From contig OZ004608.1 in assembly GCA_963924565.1 (NCBI GenBank), positions 31,000,001-31,064,000 on the forward strand: a stretch of DNA of 64,000 nucleotides, given 5' to 3'. This document shows, piece by piece, positions 13,401 to 25,400 of this stretch. The notes below the pieces were generated by a model, which was given only the letters and a program-made list of their open reading frames with translations, ran no database searches and was not told where the DNA came from. The translations under genes were made by a program, and so were the position numbers. The stretch's first letter is position 1. Each line of letters starts with the position of its first letter. The DNA comes from Ascidiella aspersa (taxonomy: Eukaryota).

Positions 13401-16400
13401 AATAACAAAAGTTACTGGCTATTACTGATCAGGAAATAAGGTCAACATTTTATCTTGCTAAATGGTCAAGGTGTTTTTCCAATATTACATATTCACTTCT
13501 CCACTGACATAAACGCCTTTTTTTCACCACAGAGTGAGCGCCCCCAACCTAACTGGCCTCGGTGGTTTCCCTCCCACATCAGCCCCCACCCTTTCGACCC
13601 CGACCCAGCAGCAGCCCCCGCAGATGATGCCCATGCCGGCGATGGCCCCACGCTTTTCCTTCCACGACATCAACATCTACTCGGTGTCGACCTTACAGTC
13701 GCACCTCACCATTAAGATGGAGGTCTGTAATGTTTTGTGTTCGTTTTATTTGTTGAAGCGATTGTTTATTTGGATTTTGGATTTATATTCAAGAGTTAAG
13801 TGTGTGTAGTTGGAGCTTCGATATTATTGCTTTGAAGCGACTTTATCTGTTGTTGTTAAATTTTTTTAAAGTCGCTTATCGGTATTTTCGACTGGATGCT
13901 TTAGTGTTAAGTCTGATTTCACAAGTCAAGTTCTAGGTTCAAGAGTTAAGTAAGTGTAATTGTTTCCTCCGATATTATTGCTTTGAAACGACTTTTGTTA
14001 GAATTATGACCGCCCAACAAAACTTCACAAAAATAAATAACGAAGTTTGCGGAAAATTTCTTTTAATCTTAGCCAATCAATGAATTGTTTAAAAAGTTGC
14101 CTGTTTTGTTTTAAATTGGTAATAATTTTGCAAACAAATATTCCAGCAACTAAATCCTATATTTACTTTGTCAGCTTCCCCTACTGCAAGCCCAACCGCA
14201 CCTTAAGGTGTGCGCGCGTACAGCTGTGGAGCGAGCAGTGCAAGATGTTACAGGGCCGGCGGTTGAACGAGCAAAGATCGCCCTCACAACTTGCGAGCAA
14301 ATTGTCAAGAAGGACTTCGCCTTAGACCCCGAAGAATTCCGCATGAGGACCGCCGCCTATCACATGGTGAGTAGGAGCGTATATGCCTTGTAAGGTTTCT
14401 CCTTCGCTGTACTGCTCAAAAACGACATTTAAACAAGTTTAGATTGAGATTGAAATCAGCAAAACGGAATGTTGTGCCACAAAACACTGGGAAATTACGG
14501 TAAACGTTGTTGTAATTCTTGTGTAAAACCAATAAAACACATCTTGCTTTATTTACGACTTTTATTTAGCCGTTATTACGTCTAATAGAGCGGCTGCCAC
14601 TTTGTACCAGGAGTGCAACTTAACTCAAAATCGGCGTTTTAATAACTTTAGCTTAAAATCAGAAAAAAACGGAATATTGTTGCATAAATGCCAGGAAATT
14701 AACTTTTAAACCGTGATTTTATTCTCGTGCCATAGTTACGATTTACTGTTAGCCGCCATTGCGTCAAATAAAGCGTCTTCCACTATTGTGGTTTGATTTT
14801 GAACTCTGGCGTTTCCTAAAGGAATTTTACTGTAGGGAGTAAGTGTATTTTATTACAAAATGGTTTTATAAACAGTGTTTATGCGTCGTCTTCGAAAAAA
14901 AAAGTGAATAGCGATCTTAAAGTTTTACGATTTCTAGCTATACTGATATATAAGCTTTAATAGTTTTCGTACTTGTTTGATTCGTTTACTTTCATTAGGA
15001 CTGTTATTTACCAACAGACACACATAACATGGCGTTTCGCCGTAAAATCAACCGAAATAGAAATGTCTTGAGATTGTGTTTAACCCACACAATTTCTCCA
15101 ATGTAATTCCTGAATTGCGTTAAATGAGGTGACCAACGGCATTGAGGAAGGCTTCTGGGCGCTGGTCTAGAATCCTACCACAGAGTTGGAACAATAATTA
15201 ATAAAAGCATGGGTTAGGGTGTCGGTAAGTGTTTGGGTGAGGGTGGGTCAAGTGACACTTTTAATAATATTGCTTAACCCACCCTCAACCCAAATGCTAA
15301 CCAGCACCCTAACCCAAATAATGTTCGTTGTGGTATAGGATACTAGACCAGGTCCGGCGTAAGTCTTTCATCTCTGTGTCAAAGCAAATTCCCCAACTAG
15401 TTGTGTGTTGTTTCCAGGTGCGCAACTTGACAGCCGGGATGGCGCTGATCACAGGACGCGACCAAATCCTGCAGGGAATTAGCAGCCACTTGAAGCAGAA
15501 CTTCGTGCAGCAGTTGACCAGGGTAAGAGGGTTTCCTTTAACTTATTTTTGTAATCTACGATCGATGCGAACGTCGGAAATGCGATTGCTTGGGTGCAGA
15601 GCACAGACAGCGTCGTATTTTTTGTCATTTTTTGCAATAATATCATGCGAACCCCTGCAGACGATGTGGCAAAGATAATATAGTAAGTATATACGTCATA
15701 TACAAGTCTCAAGTTAAATTCTCTTTGAGTTAGAAATGCTTTAACTGGCAAAATAAAGAGTCTTAATTAGTGCTTTTCTTTCCAATGTTCAAGTTGAAAA
15801 CCTGTTTTCAGTCCTCTATAACTGTTTAGTACCTCACGGTCGAAACGTTAAGTTGACCAGTACTAGCTATGACCGATAATAATTAACAATTGACTTTTTA
15901 TTTCGATACCCATATCCGATATTTTGGACAAAAAGTATCCAAACGACGTCATTATTACGCCTAAACAACCATGTTAGATGAAATTACGGGTAATTAAAGG
16001 TTTACGGGTAATTTATTTTCTAAAAGTTGCTTTAGCGGTATTAAGTCTAGTTACGTCCAGGTGTTAACCTACTGTATTTTGATAAATTTAGTTTTAAGTT
16101 AGAAATCAATGCGGTAGAACACAAAGTATAGCTTAAATTCCCATATCAATTTGGATTTGGATGTGCACCAATCGTCCAATACCACCCTAGTATAGGACGA
16201 ATAGCGATACTACTGCATCGGGTAACGACTCCAATCCAAAATTATCAGACATCCCTAGCCAGTTACCCCGCTTAGAAGGCATAATTTTTCATTGCATTTC
16301 GATTTGTCTTCTGCAGACAATGCCTCAGCTGACGATGCAACAGAAGGAGATGATAGAACAAGCGGCCAGTGTGATCGCGGCCGATAATGTTGAGCTTGCT

Positions 16401-19400
16401 TGCTGCTTCGTGCAGAAGACTGCAGTGGAGAGGGCTATTGCCGAGATGGACAAGAGACTCGCTTCGGTATGTGTGGACGCTTCACATATCCGATTTCAGC
16501 GGAGTTTAAACGGCGTATTTATCCTTTTTTAATTGTAACAAATTTCCCACCAGATCTGTCTATATTATTTCATAAATTTCTACCTAAAGTCCGTTGTTTG
16601 AATTACCAAGGCTTTTCTTAAATTTAAACTTTGTTTTGTGAACGACTGTTTTGTTTTATCAAATCGCCCGCACTTACAATATACGCCTAAAAAACAAACA
16701 TGTCTCGTGGTCATTCTTAAAGATATCCAACGTTACTTTCAACAGTAGATCGTTGATGAACACCTGATTGGCTTGCTCGAATGTTGTAGGTGTTTTGGTC
16801 ATGTTGTTATATATACTAACTTTGTTTTACAGTCGCGATTGAGTATTGACATTTAACCCAAGTAACAAAAAAATTCTTTTTGTTGAGGTTGCGAACTTGT
16901 GCACAGCTGAAACTTAACTAACCTTTAGAGCCTAATGCTTTCAGGCTGATCGTTAAACCTTCCCCTTACCACTTTTGCAGGAGTTCGAGCTTCGTAAGCG
17001 GGCTCGACAAGAAGGAAGAAGATATTGCGACTCACTGGTGCTAACTTATCAGGCCGAACGCATGCCCGAACAAATCAGGCTCAAGGTAACAACCATCAAT
17101 CATACGTGCTATATTCGCGTGTGGAAAACAAATTAAAAAGCATTTTTTATAATATGTTTTTATAAAAAAACAGCAAGAAAGCCTATTATGTTACATATAG
17201 ATATATATATATATTATATATAATATATCTTTCTTTCAAAAGGCCTATATGACTGGCGACTAACCAGTAACTGGACCTTTTACCTATACTACATAAAAAT
17301 ACTTTTTAAAACGCCTCTAAAAATGAAAATGTAAGCCGTGCTACAAAAATTGCCTTGCCGTTGTATCAGGTTGGGGGAGTCACCCCGCAGCAGACGGCAG
17401 TGTACGAGGAGTTTGCGCGGTGCATCCCCGGTTTCATGCCAAGCAACGACTCGTCGCAACCTTCCGGATTTCTCACCAAACCCATGCCGGTAAGAAAACT
17501 GTTTTTTATTAAACATTAACGATGGAAAGGTAAGGACAAATTGAGCATAATTAGCCTCATTGGTTATTTTTTTACAATGAAAGATGCACACACGTATGTG
17601 TGTTAACAACTGTGGCCTAGCCCTTCTGAAGCTGCATTTTGACCAACGATTACGGCTTACATATCAATAGTACACTGAAAGCCATTGCAGACTCGCCGAA
17701 TCTGTCGATCAATGATGCAAACAAGACAGGCTAGAAAAACAACTATAACCTGCCGTGAGGTTCGAACTCACGACCACCAAGCATAGGTCTATAGTTGTTT
17801 TCCGACTCGCTCCTCTCTGAGCCTGTGCAGCTCAATTGGTGGAGCGACGATCCCGGTATGACCTGAGGTCGTGAGTTCGAACCTCACCGTAGGCTAGTGT
17901 TTTTTTTTTGCTAGCCTGTCTTGCCTGCATCACACAACGACCAATGTGGCGAGTCTATTTCTTTTCGGTGAACTGTGGTTATAATTTCTTCACGTTTCGC
18001 TTTGATCAGCAAATCAGTCGAACAAGACCGTACGAATTTAAAATTGTTACATCGGCTCTCCAAAAGAGTTGTGATGCATTCGCGTTTTCTGTTTTACAAG
18101 TGATCTGTAAAACCTTTACATTCAGGAAAATAAAATTTTCTTTCTTTGTAGACTTGGGGAGTGGACGAGATCACGCAGGTGTACGACAGATGTATTGCAG
18201 ACATGGAGCAACAGTTGCAGGTGACTGAATAACTTAAAGATGCGAATTGTCGACTTGCAATGAAGTTGACATTTGGTGCTATAGAACAACAAGAAATTTA
18301 TAATAAAAAATCCAGTTTGAAAATACCGCTTACTGGCTATATGCTTAAGAGTAGATGCGACATACTACTTTTATGGAGTTAATCTGTTCAGGGCTGCCAA
18401 AAAGACTTTTATCCAGTTTACAATATCACACCGCTTAGTTTTAGCTCTGGATTTTTAAAGTGCCCAAATAACCCGACCATTTCTCTATTCTCAACCAGGG
18501 CGTCGGCTTCTCGACCACGAGCCCTCCCTTCCAGCAGCTGCAGAACCTCCACGAAGCTCTTCTGCTGGCTCGCAACTCCCGGGAGATCGTCACAGCACTA
18601 GCACTGCTGCAGAAGGCGGTCGAAGGACTGCTGGACACGCCAGCGCTGCCCACTAACGACCAAGAGGTAGACTAATTACACCTTTTTATTGGTGTTAAAT
18701 TAAGACTTACGAAATACCAAGAATATAATGACGATAAAATTTAAGTCAAATAATTAAAAAAAGTTGACTGGGGCTTAACGACATTATCGTTGTCCGTCAG
18801 CAACGCAGGCAATGTTTGTTGTCCATGCGCGTCGCTATCTACTGTTTTTTTGTGTTAACAAGAGTTTATAAGATCAGGAAGCCGTTAGTTAGAAGGCGTA
18901 CAGAAATTGCTTTCCTTGTTTACATTCCGTATTAGTAGACAACTTAAAAGTATAAACCACACTCCAAATTTTAGAATTTTATGAAAAATCTTGTCGCAAT
19001 TACTAGAATGGTTTAAAATATAAACTTTCACGTCTAATAACACTTGACTATTTCCTGGCAATACCCCGACAAGAGTACAGAGCGAGTCGAACTAATACGT
19101 CTATTGCTAAAAAGTTAAAACAAGTACTGGTAAAAATTAAATAATAGTATTTTAAAAAGTAAACGAGCGAACAACAGGTAAACCAATACCACCGGAACAT
19201 AGCTCAATGCTCATGGACATCCGCAGGCGCATTGCCACATTTTTACTAAACTTTTTTAAAAGTTTAAACCATTTTTACTAAAAAACAGTACCTATTCTTA
19301 CTGAAAAAAATACTTAAAAACAGCTAGCGGCAACCTTTTTCTCTTTACACCCACAGGCGTACCGAGCGTGCCACATCCTGGTGCTAAAGGCGCTACAAGA

Positions 19401-22400
19401 CCAGCGCGCCTACGGACCACAGTGGACCAACAAGCAGGTGACCCAATGCCTGACCAGCCACCGTGACGAGTACAAGTACAATGTCGAAGCAGTCGAGATT
19501 CTTATTCGTTCGCAGCTCGTCAACTTGCAGCAGTACGACCAGCATCTGGCGCAGGTATCTGCACTGTGCATTGCGTTTTTTTACAGTTTGTGAGTGAAAC
19601 TTTTGAACCCAACAAATGAGTTCCTGAACTATAACGAAAAATAAATGTCCATGTTTTGTTTCCGTGCTAAACTCGCTTTAAGGGGCAGCAAGGGAAATTT
19701 GTTTTGACCCATTGTTTTTATAAAAGATGCTTTTGCATGTTCTTGCAAAATCAGGTGCTTGTTAGTTTTTTGTTGAGCCCTGAAATTTGAGTTTATTTCA
19801 TGTTTTGTCTATATGAAAATAATTTTGTGGTATCTTGACAAAGATTTGGGGGAATCTTTACAACTGCATTTATTATAGTGATAAAGTATGTAAAAGATAT
19901 ACCCCATAGCTGGAATCTGCAGTATAAAAACTTTTCTAACACATGTTTCCGATTTTCATCAAGATTATAAACCAATCATAACGGTATAAAAAGTCTTTAT
20001 TTTAAATCAGCGTATTGCAGTCAAGCTAGAAATTTCCAATTTTCAAGAACTAAAATATCACGAAAAATATGGAATAAACAATAAATATAAATACAAAAAT
20101 ATATTTTCGTATAATACAAATAAAACGAAATGCATTAGCAAACCCAGCGCGGACGACTGTTAATCTTGTTCAGAAAGTTTTCACGATTTAGATGGTAACT
20201 TGTCAAATCGTACACCAAGATAACAATAAAAAAACAAAAATAAATTTCCATTGACAACAACAACTTCTTTCCTCTATAGGCGATGGAGGGCGGACTGAAC
20301 TACATCGCCGTGATGTTCGCCATGAGGCTTGTGCGTCTCTTCCTCGTCGATGAGAAGCAAGGATCGCCTGTGAACGAGTCCGACATCTTTAACACGATCG
20401 AGACGCTCAACAAGATCAGCGGCATATCGAGAGGCGCAGGATATGAGGGGTGGGTTAAGTCTGCTGCTGGTGTTTCCCTCTTTCTGACTTTACAAAGGAC
20501 ACCATTTAGGAAACGTACTCCGATAGTTTTAATGCAGAATGTAAAAAACACCGCCCAGTTAATATTTACTACCCATTTATTAATTTTTCTCTTACAAGAC
20601 AAAACTCCAACTCCATTTGCGACCACACGCATGACAAAACAGGCCACGCGACCATTTCGCCAACTACTTTCTTCAGTTTTCACGAAAAACAACTAACAAC
20701 TAACCCGAATTCCTCTTCTCGCAGCCTGGACCAGCCATTGATTTATTTTTAACTAGAACTTATTTAAGTTCTTATTAACACTTCATCAGGAAAATGTGAC
20801 CTTTATAAAAACACTAAAAAAAGCTAAAATACTCCATTTCCTTTACAGCCTGGGCCAACTAATGGAGATGGTTCGCTCCAGCTACGACACGATGTTGGAC
20901 AAGGCGCCCGGCGGTCCCACTCACATGATGCATTCGGGAATTTCCCAGGTATCGCAGGTGCTTAGACGCGGAACCCTTGTTCTGGCGCCGCCCAGCGGTC
21001 GGGCCTGTGTTGTATTAACCTCGTTGGTCTCCACCAGGGGGCAGCACCGCGCCAGCATGAGCCGGTGTGACGCTAACTCGCTTCTAACCCTTATTGCGGT
21101 CGTAAACCATGCATGAAGACATTTCACTTTTTTGCATCGTATAAATCTTACGTCTTTTCTGCATCCAGATTTAAAAAAACTTTTCGTTTTTTTTTTAAAT
21201 CGTAGCAAAGTGTGATTTATTTAACCAATAGCGCCTTCCGGTATTTGTCAACGCTAACGCTTATTATTTAATTCAGGTTATACTTTTAATCGCATGACGT
21301 TTTTTTCATTATATCTAGGATTTAAATTAACTGTTTACTGTTTGTATTTGTCAGTCAAAGTTTTTTTTTTGTAATTACAGCGTAAATTCTTGTCGTAGAT
21401 TAATAGTTGAGTCCTTGCGTGATAATCAACTGTTATTTAAGCATAAATGTTATAACATAATATATCCTGTCAATTGCGAAATTATGTTTTATCGTGACAG
21501 AATAATTTTTCAAGCAATACTTTTAAATAAAAATATTTTATTTTTCGAAAGATGAAATTGTATTTTGCAAGTATAGAGTTGATCAAACGACGTGTAACAA
21601 CCCCAAACACAGGCATTTCACTCTCTTATTAAACGCCATTATAAACATAAAGAAAATTAATTGATAAACAATTAAATGCCTTCTATTAGCGCGTTTCACC
21701 TTAGTTAATTTTTTTGCCCCCATTTAATATACCCCGAAGATAACAGTGTCCGATATAGTTTCCAGCAAGCTTATGTTGACGTAGGCTCGCGAATACGATG
21801 ACCCTCCCGGCTTGCACGAAAAGACCGAGTACTTGCTGCGAGAGTGGGTCAACATTTACCACAGCCCCAGCTCCGGTAGGGACTCCACCCGGGGATTTTC
21901 CGCCTTCGTACAGCAGGTAACTGACGAAATAATATTTTTGCGAAACAGATGCTGGGTATTGGTTCGCCGTTGCCTTACCGACTGCGAAAAACTTACCCAT
22001 GCAGTCTTTAGTTTGGCAGATTTAATATTTTTTAAATTATCAACCCCTTTCTTTTAATTTTCCAAGTTACGAACCATATTAAAAGAAGTACTCCATAAGG
22101 ATAGTTAACTTTTCGGAATATTTTTTAAATATATATATTTTTTTTGTTAAGAAATAGTTGATTTCACACCAATTTGTCTACAGCTTGTTCATCAAAAAAT
22201 TATGTGCATTTAAACGTTTGTTAACAGCAAAAAACTAGTTTAACAGATTTAGTATTTATTAAATTATATTTTTACCTGTAAACAATTGATTGCACAAGGA
22301 AAATCGGTTGTTATACACTTTAATAATATTTTAGTCCAACGTTGCTTATATGTACGATTTCTATAGTTTTAAGGTATGCACCATATTAACAGAAGTGCTT

Positions 22401-25400
22401 CGTAAGAATTTTTTTTTTTTTCGATAGAAAAGTTTTAAACCATGTAAATAGAGAATATTGCAGACATATTTTTTAATACTGCCAAACAGTTGTAAAAGAT
22501 CAAAATCATGCTAAAATAAACACGAAGTAGTCGATTTGCCACCAATTTGTTTGAAGCTCGTTCATCGAAGAAATTTGGCAATTTAGTAGTGTTTTCATGC
22601 GTGACAATTTTTAAATTGACTTAACAATGTTTCGTGTGTTTAGATGCACCAGCAAGGAATCCTTCGCACAGACGACCTCATTACAAGGTTCTTCCGTCTT
22701 TGCACAGAGATGTGCGTTGACCTCACCTACAGGTTACTGCAGGTCAGTGGAATGCAAAACACAGCTTTTTCATGTAACGTTAAATACACTTATAACGTTA
22801 AATGTATTTTATTTCGCTACGCAGTTAGCACGACAGTTCACTTTTTCAAATCAGTCTGTTGGCAGAGATATTTAATAACATCTAAAATACAGCGAAGAAA
22901 AAGGGATTATTCAGTTATTGTTAGAAGCAATGCATATGATTTATCGAGAAATTGTCCACTATCTTAACGTAAGTTGCAGCCAGGAAATTTCGCTATGTGT
23001 GTAAACTTGGGCCGCAAAATAAAAAAAAAGTGGAATAACCTCTGTAATACAAAAAACACCTATTTTTCAACCGCCAGGAATCGAACGTGAGTCCTTCTCT
23101 GCTGAATCCTACCCTGGTACGAGCCAAGTGCTTCCATACACTCGACGCATTCGTTCGCCTCATCACGCTGCTCGTCAAGCATTCGGGAGATGCCGTTAAC
23201 TCCGTCACCAAGATCAATCTGCTCAACAAGGTAAAAGCATGCGTCTACTATAGCTAGCTGTTGATGGAGCCCTTTGAACATGCGAGGGACAGTTTGTTTT
23301 CTGTATTATTGTCATCTACCAATCTAAGTTGTCCGTTTAATAAAGGCTAGGTTTGATATTATATGCCTGTTATTTCACTGAATCTGTACGTACAAACAGG
23401 TAACGGCGCCATGGTTTTTCTCGACATGCTTTAAGTGAAACCTAATTTTATAATTTTTATGTTCTTATTTTTCATAAATTTTCGAAAGAACCCAATTAGG
23501 AACCCTTAAGTAACCTTAAAGCCCTGGCGTACTAAACGTATGTGTGCCATAATGGTTTGTCAACGTGCCTTAAGATATTGTGCAAGCGTGTGTATGAATG
23601 TTTGACCTTCCAATGCAGTTTAAAATTTTGTCGTGATTTAACAAGAGATCAATTTTACAGTAAGCACTAAGTTTGCTCATTAAATACCTAAATATATGTT
23701 GTTGCACTGAATGTGTGATAATGAATATCACCTTGACCCTTGCAAGATAAATGTCGACCTTAATTCCTGATCAGTAACACCAGAATACTCTAGCAAAGCT
23801 AACATTTTAAGTCAGATACTATTAAAAGATCTTAAAAGATACATATAATTTCGCCAGCAAAGGCATAGTTAGTAACTCTTATTTAAATAGAATTTTAAAA
23901 TACATATTTAATACATATTTCGCCAGCAAAGGCATCGTTAGTATATCTTATTTAAATGGAATTTTAAATGTGTATATTTAATATGTATTAAGATATTTAA
24001 ACAGTGTCCGACCTGAATTGCTAGCTTTGCTAAGGGTATTCTGCTGTTAAACGTAAAAATATATTATTATCCATTGCTTTTTTTCCTGATCTTCTACTTG
24101 CAACTTTTGATCGCTCTTGCGCCCCCAGGTGTTGGGTATCGTGGTCGGAGTGCTCCTCCAGGATCACGAGACGCGCCAGACGGACTTCCACCAGATGCCC
24201 TACCACCGCATCTTCGTCATCCTCTTCTACGAGCTCAACGCTCCCGAACATGTGCTAGAGTCCATTAACTTCCAAACACTGACCGCCTTTACGTGAGTTG
24301 ACCTTTCGTCTTTCTGGGAAAGGGATAGTTGCGTTTAATTGCAAGGAAATACTCGCATAAACTTGTTATGAAGGCTATGGGCTTTTTTTTTAAAAGAAAA
24401 TTGTATGATATTTATGCCTATTTTTTACAGTTCAAATAATTAGGTGTTAACTGTTGAGAAAGGGATTTGATAGGCCAGTGCGATTTTACAACTTTTGGTA
24501 TAAAGTAAAGTTTAATTTAAACAAAAAACCTATTGCATAGGGCATAACTTTTTCCATTTTTATTGCACATCTTTCCCATTTTCCCTAAATAGTGCCAAGT
24601 TTTAAAGTGGATAATTTATCACGGTAATCCAACTTGGCCTTTGGAATACCAAGCCATGTTGATGATTTCAATATATCACTTCAAATTGCCACGTTTTTTT
24701 ATTTTTAAAATTAAAACTGGACCAGAGAAAGCATATCGTTTTGCATTTCTGTATCTTGTGAATTGTAAATATTGTAAAGCTATTTTTTCAAACGTAATAA
24801 CAAGGTCATTTACTCAAAAAGTGAAGTCTAGTCGTTTTTACTAAATATATACACTTGAGCTTTACTAAATATATACACTTGAGTCCAGACGTTGAAAAAG
24901 AGCAACTGAAATAAAATAATGAGGTCAAGGCAGCATTACCGGGAAAAGGTTGATATTTTTATACCAACAGCCGAGATTGATGCGAAATCAAAACAAATCT
25001 CGTACCAAAACGACAAAGTCCTTTGTATTTTTCCCATCAGCAACACGTATCACATCCTGCGACCGAGCAAAGCTCCAGGTTTCGTATTCGCTTGGCTCGA
25101 AGTGGTTTCCTACCGAGCCTTCATATCGAGGATGCTCCTTCACACGCCACAACAAAAGGTATACGCACCTTCGCAAGTATTCTTTGACTGTTTCACACCT
25201 TAACGTTAATTTTAGTTCTTAGGTTTACGTTCCAAGAGTTAATACTTTTTTTATTCAGTGGCAAACGCAAAGGATTGTTTAGGGATTAGGCAATTTTTTA
25301 AGAAAAATAAGCTTTCAGGTTTTTCTTGACTTGATTTAGCATATTTGATTAACTCAATTACCCTTGTAAGGCAACTTCACCTATTCCTACTGTTACGAGC

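Noticed and set aside
15550-15685. H/ACA snoRNA candidate (vertebrate CNOT1 hosts H/ACA snoRNAs)
   Set aside because: AGAGCA is not adjacent to the first hairpin, there is no ACA box, and no pseudouridylation pocket is recognisable.
17821-17895. Functional tRNA gene
   Set aside because: The anticodon arm cannot pair and is 2 nt too long.
21084-21091. CTAACCCT as a telomerase RNA template with a downstream ACA
   Set aside because: Only 8 nt; no pseudoknot or H box is recognisable.
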